A stretch of DNA of 63,796 nt, counting the filler, from Licmophora abbreviata (taxonomy: Eukaryota): assembly GCA_900291995.1 (NCBI GenBank). It is 14 parts of 14 records of this genome, joined end to end, with 100 filler letters (N's around TTAATTAATTAA, not from the genome) between each part and the next. Parts side by side here need not be neighbours in the genome. Positions count along the whole stretch, not along the records: positions 14,068 to 25,614 come from OLMU01005723.1; positions 25,715 to 27,926 come from OLMU01005724.1; positions 28,027 to 35,511 come from OLMU01005725.1; 11 more parts are not named here. One strand, 5' to 3'. Both the position numbers and the translations under genes were made by a program. Positions within the stretch are counted from its first letter, which is position 1. Each line of letters starts with the position of its first letter. The notes beneath the pieces were generated by a model. That model was given only the letters and a program-made list of their open reading frames with translations. It was not told the DNA's origin and ran no database searches. This document shows positions 23,642 to 33,964 of this stretch, piece by piece.

Positions 23642-24272
23642 TCTTGTAGGTCTTTGAAACGTTATTCTTTGCGTTTGCCTCCTTGAATCAATGCGGGCTT
23701 GTTAGTAGAGTTCTTTGTGTGTATTGTGGCTTCATGGTAGGCTTCGCGTTCGAGGCCGGTCCGAACAGTGAAGAAGCTCAGGATTGATGACGCGCGAACA
23801 CGAGAACCCGTTTGAAAAAAATAGCGGGAAGCGATTCGAAACGAACATCATACTCGTGACACGATTTGCAAGACTACGCGATGATGTTTTGGGTTTTGGG
23901 GGAATGTGAATGGAAGACGATATCAGCGGAAGTTGAAAGTACGTACCGGTACGAAACAATATCACGAAATTGAAATGGAACGACAAGGATATTCAATATG
24001 CTCAAATGTCAGGCGTTTCTGCTCATAGAAGTCAGCCATGCTCTGCAATAACATCATCATGGTGGGATGGATTTGATTCCAAAATCTGCCGCATGTACTG
24101 TCGGATGGTTTCGAGAAACAACGCGACGAGTCTCGGCTCTAATAAGTACGAGACTGGCTCTGACTCGATCGTTGAGTTCTCTCGCTGCCGGTGTTGAAGA
24201 CGACAAATGAAATGCAGTTTCGTCATCAAAAGAAGTTCATCTTTCTACCTAAACCTACTGATTTGAGAAACC

Positions 24273-27208
24273 TCAAACACTCTTGACGGCCCTGACGGCC
24301 CATTTCTTCCAGACGCAATATCCCAAGACCACCGCTGCAATGGTCGCCATCTTTTCAAAGCTCAACGCAAAAGGGATAACGATCAAGTACAAGACGGCCG
24401 ACAAGAGAAATTCGCTCTGGAGCTTCGCCAAATAATTGAGGACTGCAATGCCAATCTGAATTTGATCCAGAACATTGAGAGTCGCAATACCCACCTGAAC
24501 TGGCTTGGAATGCCCATTCTCATTGTACTCTTCATTCTCACAGCCAAAGAGACCACACCACAAGCGGATGGGCTGCGCGGCCGCGTGCTGGATCCACTTC
24601 TGCTCTTCGGGGGACAAGTACTTGTCGTAGGGAGAAGGGAGGGCAGTGTAGATCGAGGCAACCACGCCGTTCACGACAAGGTTTCCAGTTGCAGTCAATG
24701 GCGTGTACTGACCAAGACTCGTCACCTTGCTGATCGACTTGACTTTCACGGGGCGCCCCTCGTGTTTGGAGATGAGAGCGTCGCCAATTTTGACCTCGGA
24801 AGCCGGGACGACAATTTTCTTGTTGGTCTGGTCATCGTATACGTACAAGAAGTGCTCGCTGGAGATTTCAAGCGGCTTGGTCATGGTATCGGCAAGAATC
24901 TGAAGGTATTCGGTCATGTCGTTGGGGGCAGCGTGACCAAAGCTGTAGATCTTGGAGTATGTGCCATCAGCCGTCAAGACTGAATCACCAATCTTCAGGG
25001 CGTCCATTCGAGTAATACCCGCACCTTCCACCTGGACTTCGTCGACGCCGGGAAAGCAAATATGGGGTTTCTTCGGTGGATCGGTACTAGTATCATCGAT
25101 GATCTCTTCGGTGCCATCCTTGTCCTCGGTGGGGAGATTAGTGGGAGTACAGGGCAGAGCGCTCCCATCTTCTCCGACAGTGATGGAAAATCCTTCGTCG
25201 TCCACTTCACAGGGTTCATCTTCTCCTTGCGACGCAAAGCCATCCTCATTGACCGTGATCAAAGCGCTTCCCAGAGCCGTGGCCCCCGATGCGCTTGTGA
25301 CACGAAGAAGTACGACCCCGACAAAAGCAGTGTCGTACGTGAACATGGCCTCGGGCTCAATAGTTTGGACACTGTAGTCGCCATCTCCGAAGAAGCTCCA
25401 CTCGTAGAGAACGATTCCAACGCCTTCGGAATCGTACGAGCCCGATGCATCGAAGGTGATGGGAACGCCCACCTTTCCGGAGTAGGCGATGCCCAACCAG
25501 GCAAAGGGGCTTCCAGAAGCACTCGCGATGACTTCTGATATCGTCGCCACAACGTCTCCGCCAGCGATGATGCCGCCTCCTGTAGCAGCAGAGATTGCGC
25601 TAACGAACCCCCCCNNNNNNNNNNNNNNNNNNNNNNNNNNNNNNNNNNNNNNNNNNNNTTAATTAATTAANNNNNNNNNNNNNNNNNNNNNNNNNNNNNN
25701 NNNNNNNNNNNNNNTCCCACATCAGCTCCGGTCACAGCAACAGGGTCGAGCGCAATGCTCTCGGCGATAAGTTGGGATGCAGTCAGGCCAGAGATAGGCT
25801 CTGCTCCAGAGACGACTTTCGCCTCCGCGTCACCAATTACGATCATGATTTTGGTGGCACCGCTGGTCCAAGATAGGTCGAGGGCTGCTTTGATACCAGA
25901 GTAGACTGTCTCTGGACCATCACAGCCCCCACTGGCAACGAGCGAGTCGATTCCGGCTTGAATTAAAGACAACTGGTTCGTAAAGTCTTGATCCACGCGA
26001 GCTGGGTAATTTCCTGAGCAGAACTCAGGGAAGTCTTTGTAGGAAACCACAGCCACTCGGAAATCAGATGTCGCAGCCGCGAGCTCAGCCACAAGCGTGG
26101 CCAAGTTATTGCGAACGTCGGCAATTTCACCAGACATGGAACCCGTTGTATCGACAACAAAGGCCATGTCAATACTACCGCCATTGTCAAATGCACCCGG
26201 TTGAGCATCGACAATTGAGAAAAAGGCTGAGAGGGCCTCACCGAGTTGGGCGTGGCCCTCTGCGTTAAAGTGATACCACTCCGGCGGCGTGAGGCCATCG
26301 AACTCCCAAATCCAGCCATCTTCGTTTTCCGATAGCACCGATGGATCGGGCTCGCGTCCTTCAAAAAGCTCCTTGGTCCCATCATAGAAGATCGCAAAGT
26401 CGCGTCCAACTTCAAGGTTCGCGGCTGCAACCGCATTTCCCTGGCGTGCGTCGCCTTCTTCTTGCAGAGCGTAGAGGGCATCTCGGACATCGATCGAATC
26501 ACTGCCAATGATGTCTGTGAGCGTGTATGTCGTATCAAGGAGAAGATAGGGATACGAAACGAGAACAACCTTGGCGTCGTTGTTTAACTTCGCGGAAATG
26601 GCTACCAGAGCCTCGGTGATAGTATCTTGGAGATCAGCCAGTGCATCTGCGGCGGCCATGATGTCTTCGCGGCAGCCATCGACATCGCGAGCACCCAGGG
26701 CAAAGCAGTTCTCCACAATGCTTGCAAACCCCAGATCGTTTGCACCGAACGTCAGGAGCACAAGATTGACACTCTTGTCGATGGCGTTGATCTGCGGAAA
26801 GATGTATCGTCGGCATGCCGTGCCTAGCAAGTCTCCGTTGTCTTGGTAGAACTCGTCTGTGTTGTCAGGCGTCGGACAGTTACCTGAAAGAGACTTGGCT
26901 TCTAGATCTTTCTCTTGCGGACCCAAGAGTGCGGAAAGCTTGGCCCCTGAGCATGCCTTGTTAATGAATGTGACACGGAACACATCCCGGAGGGAGTCAG
27001 CAAAGTTCTCACCCCAGCTCGTAGGACTGCGGAAACAATCGCGGACTCCAACGTAGTTACGATTTCCACTCTCATCACGTGCTCCGTTTCCGGCCGAGGC
27101 CGAGTCACCTAGATGGACAATCTTGAAAGGAGGGAGCTCTTGGGACTGGCCGGTCGGAAGGCCCAGCAGGCCTACCAGAAGAAAAAGACGGCGCGAAGAT
27201 CAAAGCAT
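24273..27208 (-). CDS. Signal peptide - SGNH/GDSL hydrolase - vWA - PKD-like - Hedgehog-type Hint - TM protein; in-frame TGA at codon 3, possibly a pseudogene
   Basis: SGNH blocks HLGDSASAG (upstream of the listed ORF, same frame), ACSGA, TFGANDLGF and WYHFN. vWA MIDAS-like DMAFVVDTTGSM. PKD-like ITFDASGSYDSEG..YEWSFFGDG. Hint CFPG...LKIGDSVL...SSEH...TPLTATGNLVVNGVVAS. The vWA end (SAISAATGG) resumes after gap 25615-25714. Confidence 0.88.
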
Positions 27209-28295
27209 CACAAGCGGACTGTAGAGGATTTGTCAGATGGAAGTTGGTTCTTTCAAGCACACCTACCGATATCTTGAGCTTCTTCCTTTTTGATCACTTC
27301 AAATAACACAACAATGAGAGAACAAAGAAACGATCACATGAAATATCACGAAAGAGCCAGAATCGAAGCGGCAAATTTCTGGTTCAAATTCAGATATGTA
27401 TGAAAGCATTCGAAGCATGCCGTGTGGAACTGAACAGAATCTCTAATGCACGCCATCATCCGATCGTGGATCGTGTACTCTGAGCTGCGACTTAAGTTTC
27501 AAAGTCGATAGTCAGGCGTAGGACTTCGTACAAGTACAACTGCCTCTCGAAATATTTGGACTTCCAAACTTTCGGCCTTTAAATTTTCATTTAAATATGC
27601 ACACACAAAGGAAGATTCTTTGCCTCTTTCCCCTATACAAGCTCGGGACAAATGTCTACCTGGACCGAAGTTGTTCTTGGTCGTATCGTACCTGGGAACT
27701 GTACCTTGGTAGGAGTCCTTGCAACTTCAACCTTGTCTCAACCGGGACTCTCTGGCTCCGCGCGTTTCGAATATCGGAAGCAAGACTGGAATTTCAAAGT
27801 TGAAAATTCAAAATTCGGTATCTGGTACCCTGGAAATATTCGTAGTGAATAGACTGCAGTTCACTGTATACCAGGCATGAATCGAACCCAATGGCGTATT
27901 GTGCAGCATGAATGTTCTCGCACTCTNNNNNNNNNNNNNNNNNNNNNNNNNNNNNNNNNNNNNNNNNNNNTTAATTAATTAANNNNNNNNNNNNNNNNNN
28001 NNNNNNNNNNNNNNNNNNNNNNNNNNGCTGCCGCGGGAACATCAAGGTCGAACATAAGAGAAACACTTGCGAGAACCGCATCGGAGACCTGCCAAGGGCT
28101 GCAACAAAATCATAAGACTAATGTCTCATGTCTTTTTCTAATGACGTTCGACGCACGACAAACTACTGCGTCCATGTACGTCATACTCGTGACCCGTCGA
28201 CATGAAATGGTCCACCCTGACGAAGACAGAAGTCCCAGTGCCGGTGACGAGACTGAACAAGATGAGTTCTAACATGGACTGACAACTCTTGACTA

Positions 28296-31200
28296 CTATG
28301 ATAAGCTGTAAGTTAGTAGCGCATCGAAAGCCATGTCGCCGTTGCAAATCTTTGCGAAATCTGCAAGTAGCATTTTCGCCCTTGGTTTTGACTTAGGGCC
28401 TTCGCGCGCAAGTCCAAATAGAATCGAGATGATTTGTTGAGATGCGTCCGGCGTTACGCGGCCGCCATTTCTACAGCTAGACGACATGGCATCATGGACC
28501 CACTCATGAGCGATTGTTCTTTCCTCTACGACAGGCCCGACGACGGATGCAGTAGCAATGTGGGCGACAATCGCAAAGAGACAGTCTGACAGGGACGGCC
28601 ACAGAATCTGAGGACTGTCTCCCGCTAGACCAGCAATACAGGCCTGCACCACTGTCTCTCCGCACTGGACCAGTAGTTCATCTATTGTCCCTGCGGCATT
28701 ATTCAGGGCAGTCATTGAAGTATCGGACAGGCGCAGAGATCGCCAGCCAAATAATTGCGCCAAGAAGTTCAGCGATGCACGGGTCGAAAGGGGCTCTCCC
28801 TTACATGCAGAGAGACTTTCGACCGCAAAGGCGACAATCATCGAAAAGTCTCGACAAGTGACCAGTGCCATCGGCTGAAACAGGAGATAGCGTTGGTTGA
28901 GTTCGAGGAACGCTCGACTCAGCTCTGGGCACTCGTCGGGCCCGTTCTCTGTGGTGACATACGTACAAACCACGTTTGTCACATGCAGCAATAGCTCTCG
29001 GAATGACGATTCCTCTGTTCCACTGAACGACTCGACAGCACTTGACAAATATTCCAAGGTGCTCGGGTTCTTTGTCTCCTCCAGAGAAACAACCACCATC
29101 TTGATCGTTTCAGAGAAACGCGGCTCGACCAAAGTTCGAGCGTTGCTGAGCAATTGGCGGTGAATCGCGAGTACTCCTTCCAGAATGACATCGCATAACC
29201 GTGCTAGCCGACCAACGCGATCCAGAAAGGGCCACAGTGTAGCGGACGCTACATCACTCAAAAGATGGGCGCCAGGGGTAGCATCTGTAGCGCTAGTGTC
29301 TGTCGATGCCTGATCACAAAACTGAATTGAAGTCCGCAGGATATGCAGATACTTGAGCAGTGCCTCGATAGCCGCGTTCGACTCGACAACACTGGAACTG
29401 GACACCGTCTGAACAGGACATTCGGATAGCGAGACCACAGAACTGATCAAGTGCGACAAGGCTTGTTGAACCAATTCCGTGTCCTGCATTTGCAGTAGCA
29501 ATCGGGTAACGCCTTCGGTTTGCGCTGAGACAGACTCTATCGTGCCATTGCCCGATGCCACCGACGAGAGCGTCGCCGCCATCGTGTCTTGCACCGACGC
29601 GACCAGAAAAGGTTGAGGCCCTTCAAGTAACCTGGAGGAGCACGCGATATAAATCGATCGAATAGCCTTGGCTGTCTCCTCGTTGCTGCTCGTTCCATGC
29701 TTCCTTTGAAGGTGAGCAACCAGATGCAGAATATCTCCGGGAGCACAGTGAGCGTTCCATGCCGGCGCGTACGATCCCAGAAATCTGGCAGTTGCCTTTT
29801 CTACCAAGAAATGGGTACTCGATGACTCGTGTTGTATCAAATGGTGAGCAAGTTGCGACAATACTCGCGCCGACGCCTGTTTGTCCGACCTAATGCTGTC
29901 TCCACCAGCCCTAGCCTTGACGCGTGCACATACTTCCTTCGATACTTGGTGAAGCCCGAACAATGCCGCTTCCACTGCATTCCAAGGCTGCTGCGGCTGT
30001 GGCCCCACGATCAGCTCAATCATGTGCTGCAAATATTCGGTGCGCAACAGAAAGTAACTGCTCACCAAGACGTCCGTCACCATGTTTCTCAATTCGTTGA
30101 ATTCAGTCTCATCATCGAGTTCCCCATCGATTGGATATGCCACTCGGGAAACGAGACCCTGAATAACTTGACGAAAGAGTGATTTTGTCCAATTTAAGTG
30201 TCTTACCGACGTGGGTATCTCTTGTACTGTTAACCAACATTCCAGTACGGGCAAGGTAACAGGAACGCTGGGGTGCGACTGTAAGTTTACCAACAAGGTT
30301 AACAATGCTTCGGCCGGTTGCAGGGTGACATAATCGATATCTTCACCAACAAGCGTACAGAGACACATCGACAAGGCGTGACATGCATCGTCCCACTGTC
30401 GTTCGGTGGAATATTTAAGCGGGTTCCCGATAAAACCTGTCGTCTCGATGGCCGACAGTAGCTGCGACATGGCATTTTGGCGGGACGGCGTGCACGAGTC
30501 GGTGGGGACCAGAGCCGCTTCCGCCAACGCACGACACGCAGTGGTTATGATCTCCTCGCTCGTAGGGTGCGTAGAAGACAAGATACGAATCAACATGGAC
30601 AGCAGTGTCTGCCCACCTCCATTGATGCTAGCGAGATGCGAGAGTGTGACATGGCATGTTTGACTCCACACATGTAAAGTCTCGAGTGCTGCCAGCACTT
30701 TATCAGGGTTAATAAAAGAGCACTGAACATAGACCAATACACTCTCCATTGATGGACATAACTCAGCCGCAGGTGTAGTCAAGTCAGAACAGGCCTCAAG
30801 TTCGGAAGGAATGTTGGCGAGTAGCTTGAGCGCGACGAGCGTGGACAACGACGTAGAGGGACCACCTCCGTTCTGGTTCACACCAACATGGCAGCACATG
30901 GTCACCACTTGATTGACGTTTCCGCATCGCGCCACTAAGGCTGCAGTACAAACACAGAGAGGTGCCATTATTGTCGTTGTGGAAGTCCTGGGATTGATGC
31001 CCGACCCCGCCGAACACAATAGTAGCAAAGACCATAGTTCTTGTCGAATTCTCGCCAGAGCAGGGAACTCGGCCGTTCCCTTGGGAATTTCTCTCCGAAT
31101 CTTGGCCTGCAGTAATGTCAAACAGAGCAATTTCATCCCGATAAGCTCCTGCTGAGCGATCTGGTCCTGCTGGACCACTGAAAAGCTTTGCAGCCACGAG

Positions 31201-31382
31201 ACGTAAACGTCCCACGCTTCCGTGGTCCTCGTCCACTGCTCCAAAAACTGGGAAGCTGCCGCTCGCGTCGTCGCATCAGTTGAAGCCCTTACCATCGCCA
31301 GCGCCGCGTCGGCCACAGCGTTTGTGGACTGCTGCAGGGGCGGCGCCTGTTCCATCATGGTCAAACGTGAAACTAAAAGCAT
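28296..31382 (-). CDS. Importin-beta-family karyopherin, transportin-SR / importin-13-like
   Basis: 1028-aa all-helical ORF with ASQFLEQWTRTTEAW N-terminus, VAYP..EFNELRNMVTDVL, WNAVEAALFGL and PDECPEL motifs. Divergent. Start could be ATG 31358. Confidence 0.75.
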   Translation of the reverse strand: MLLVSRLTMMEQAPPLQQSTNAVADAALAMVRASTDATTRAAASQFLEQWTRTTEAWDVYVSWLQSFSVVQQDQIAQQELIGMKLLCLTLLQAKIRREIPKGTAEFPALARIRQELWSLLLLCSAGSGINPRTSTTTIMAPLCVCTAALVARCGNVNQVVTMCCHVGVNQNGGGPSTSLSTLVALKLLANIPSELEACSDLTTPAAELCPSMESVLVYVQCSFINPDKVLAALETLHVWSQTCHVTLSHLASINGGGQTLLSMLIRILSSTHPTSEEIITTACRALAEAALVPTDSCTPSRQNAMSQLLSAIETTGFIGNPLKYSTERQWDDACHALSMCLCTLVGEDIDYVTLQPAEALLTLLVNLQSHPSVPVTLPVLECWLTVQEIPTSVRHLNWTKSLFRQVIQGLVSRVAYPIDGELDDETEFNELRNMVTDVLVSSYFLLRTEYLQHMIELIVGPQPQQPWNAVEAALFGLHQVSKEVCARVKARAGGDSIRSDKQASARVLSQLAHHLIQHESSSTHFLVEKATARFLGSYAPAWNAHCAPGDILHLVAHLQRKHGTSSNEETAKAIRSIYIACSSRLLEGPQPFLVASVQDTMAATLSSVASGNGTIESVSAQTEGVTRLLLQMQDTELVQQALSHLISSVVSLSECPVQTVSSSSVVESNAAIEALLKYLHILRTSIQFCDQASTDTSATDATPGAHLLSDVASATLWPFLDRVGRLARLCDVILEGVLAIHRQLLSNARTLVEPRFSETIKMVVVSLEETKNPSTLEYLSSAVESFSGTEESSFRELLLHVTNVVCTYVTTENGPDECPELSRAFLELNQRYLLFQPMALVTCRDFSMIVAFAVESLSACKGEPLSTRASLNFLAQLFGWRSLRLSDTSMTALNNAAGTIDELLVQCGETVVQACIAGLAGDSPQILWPSLSDCLFAIVAHIATASVVGPVVEERTIAHEWVHDAMSSSCRNGGRVTPDASQQIISILFGLAREGPKSKPRAKMLLADFAKICNGDMAFDALLTYSLS

Positions 31383-31593
31383 CTAAAACCTGAATTTGGA
31401 AGTCAAGGCGTTACTTATGGGTGCGACATGCATTGACATTTTGGATTCGCTCGCCACGATTTTTGGTTTTGGATCTTTCGAAGTATGTGAGTGTGTGATG
31501 CCATTGTTCGGCTGATGTCGCTCGTTGATGCCTGTCTTGCTCTGCTTGAGCTCTGTAGTGCACTTGTCTAGCAATCCTTCTTAGTCCTTCACT

Positions 31594-32076
31594 ATGCGCT
31601 CAAACTCGATGAAGCAGACTGCAATCTCCGTGGCCGTTGCGCTCTGGCTCGTCGTGTCGTTGTCCCTGGAGTCCGTCGATGCGCTTGCCTTTCGGTTGCC
31701 TCCTCGACAAAAGAAGCTTATCGCCACGGTAGTATGCGGATCTACATTTCTGGCCACATCCTGCGTCGCTTCCGCTGTCAATGTGGCCAAGGGAGCGAAA
31801 GTCTTCGATAACAACTGCGCTCAGTGTCATGCTGGTGGACAGAACTTGGTTGCCAAAGAGAGAACGCTTCAAATACAAGACATTGACAAGTATGTAGGCA
31901 TCGAAAACATTCAACCGTTCATTCAAACCAGCATGACGCATCGCGGGGCTCTACTTTTAGGCAGTCGTAATTTGTCAGACCGAGATTTTGCCAATGTCGC
32001 AGCCTTTGTCAAGCAACAAGCCATCGAAGGCAAGTGGCCTGGTGCCGAAGCTGAGAATCCCGCGGCGTCCGAGTAG
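31594..32076 (+). CDS. Plastid/thylakoid-targeted cytochrome c6-like protein
   Basis: Signal peptide ending VDA-LAF, a second hydrophobic segment ending ASA, then GAKVFDNNCAQCHAGGQN...ERTL and LSDRDFANVAAFVKQQA..W. The canonical GKNAMP motif is absent. Confidence 0.85.
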   Translation: MRSNSMKQTAISVAVALWLVVSLSLESVDALAFRLPPRQKKLIATVVCGSTFLATSCVASAVNVAKGAKVFDNNCAQCHAGGQNLVAKERTLQIQDIDKYVGIENIQPFIQTSMTHRGALLLGSRNLSDRDFANVAAFVKQQAIEGKWPGAEAENPAASE

Positions 32077-32600
32077 GCTTCTAGGAGGAATGAAAAAGGA
32101 AACAAGGTTAGCATGTGAACAAATTTAGTCGAGGGTGATGGAATACTCTTTTTTGAAGAAAATAGAGAAGGAAGATAAGCTAGCACTCGGAAGTCTGTCG
32201 TCGCGGGTCAACATTGTTACTCGCGCGTGTCTCACCATGCAGGTCCCAAAGAGCTCCTCAAAGATCCGCCCTGATAAATTTTCTCTGTGTCAAGTCAGCA
32301 TGAACTCGTTAGAGAGGCTTCTCGGTCGTTTTTGTAGGAGTTAGCCCATCGTCGCCTTGACCTTCATCAAGCACAGTGAATGAATGGACGGCGAGTGGCA
32401 CTGCACTGGCGTACAGACGCCATCGAGATCACAAAGGACGAGGGACTGACTCGACTCATCCCGAAACGCGGTTCCGAATTGTTCGTCCCGAGTCACGATG
32501 CGAACGCTGATTGACACGAGCCTTCACATAATGTAACACGATGAATGTCGCATCCTTTGTCGACGCCTTTGATAAAAATCCCTAGAATCATATCACGAGA

Positions 32601-33023
32601 ATGACAGAAGAGTTGGAAGCAGAGGAGACACTGGCGATCTCGACGTCCAGCAGAAACTACAAGTATTGCCCAGGAACGTCACGTCGGATGCTCCTGCAGG
32701 TTTCGATCGTCTGCATCGTCATTTCGATTGTCTTCATCTTTTTAGGATTTGCTCTCTTTTTCAGTATTGCCGATAGCAACTCATTAGAAACATGCAAGGA
32801 ACCGCCATGCCAGAAGAACAAAGATCAAGGGGCTGGATTCTTGGCAGGAGGATTTGTCCTGTTGATTGGTTCGGTTGTAGCCATCGTCATGTTTCGACGA
32901 CAGAATGTTGCAAAACTTGTCAGTCATCAGAAGCCAATAAACAAGTCGGTGCAAGTGAACGAACCTGCTGAGCAGGCTCAAGGCGAGGTCTCATTTGCAG
33001 AACCGGTGATCGATACCGTCTAG
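32601..33023 (+). CDS. Small hypothetical two-TM protein
   Basis: 140-aa ATG ORF with two hydrophobic helices flanking a short Cys-Cys loop (ETCKEPPCQK). Confidence 0.6.
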   Translation: MTEELEAEETLAISTSSRNYKYCPGTSRRMLLQVSIVCIVISIVFIFLGFALFFSIADSNSLETCKEPPCQKNKDQGAGFLAGGFVLLIGSVVAIVMFRRQNVAKLVSHQKPINKSVQVNEPAEQAQGEVSFAEPVIDTV

Positions 33024-33964
33024 CCAAAGCTACTACGACTTGTCTACTACTACTCCAGAAAGCAGGTCACATGTATGATGTCGTACTTGAGACTCCCAAA
33101 ACACAACCACGGATTGATGGATTGATTACAGGTACGGTAATGCTTTCTACAATGTATTATTTGGCTAGTTACCAATCTGAGTAGCTTTTATAAAACGATA
33201 GTTGGCCCGACAAGTCCAGTCCGTTTGGACGAGAAAATTCATTAGGGATTCGTGAGGCAACGGTCAGAGGACAGGCCTGATCACCCAACTGGTAACACTG
33301 TGGAAGAATGGACTCACCTCTAATGAACCTGGTGTATTGTAGTGTTGACAACCCTTAGCGAGTCTGGTTTGACCTCTTGCGTCCGTGCGTTCTTGGCGGG
33401 AAACTCCGTTTGAACAAAATCAGTCGTAGCTCCGGGTGTCCTCAGCCTTCGCGCAATTTATTTTAGCGGCGCCAAACCGCACCCGCTCACGCGAAGGCAC
33501 TGTATGATACAGTTAGACGGCACCTCGACATCGGAGGTTGTTCGACAATGGCGGGCCATGAGCGCTTTTCGAACTGACACGAAGCGTTGGAATCAATCTC
33601 ATGACTATTCGACACCGCAGTTTGTGTATCATGCGCTTGGCGGCCCCAGGAGAAGTGATTCAGGCTCGACGAGAGTACAAGACCCCAGGTTCCAGATTGC
33701 CCTCGACTCGCGTGGCTGCAACGACTTTCCCATCTCCGACATGACTCGCGTTGGTCTGGTCCTATTTGATGGAGCAAGAGGACGAAATATGAAAGGTGGA
33801 CGGATGAAACTTTCGGAAAAAGCCTGAGAAACAGCTGGTAGCGGTTGTACTTGTTCGACGGTTTCACCCGTTTCCAATGTTTCGCTTGTAGCGTCCACTT
33901 CTCGACCGCCCGCCACTACTTTTGAACTTTTCCGAAGACGACAACGTCCGTCATCTACAGGGAA

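Noticed and set aside
24648..25058. Hint domain as a true protein-splicing intein
   Set aside because: Lacks the terminal His-Asn plus Cys/Ser/Thr and any endonuclease; it ends like a Hedgehog-type Hint.
27300..27926. Gene-free AT-richer stretch with small palindromes, considered as a MITE remnant
   Set aside because: No convincing terminal inverted repeats, TSD or coding remnant, and truncated by a gap.
33487..33916. Cluster of ~100-aa ORFs upstream of the esterase
   Set aside because: No motif, signal or splice support; cannot distinguish them from chance ORFs.
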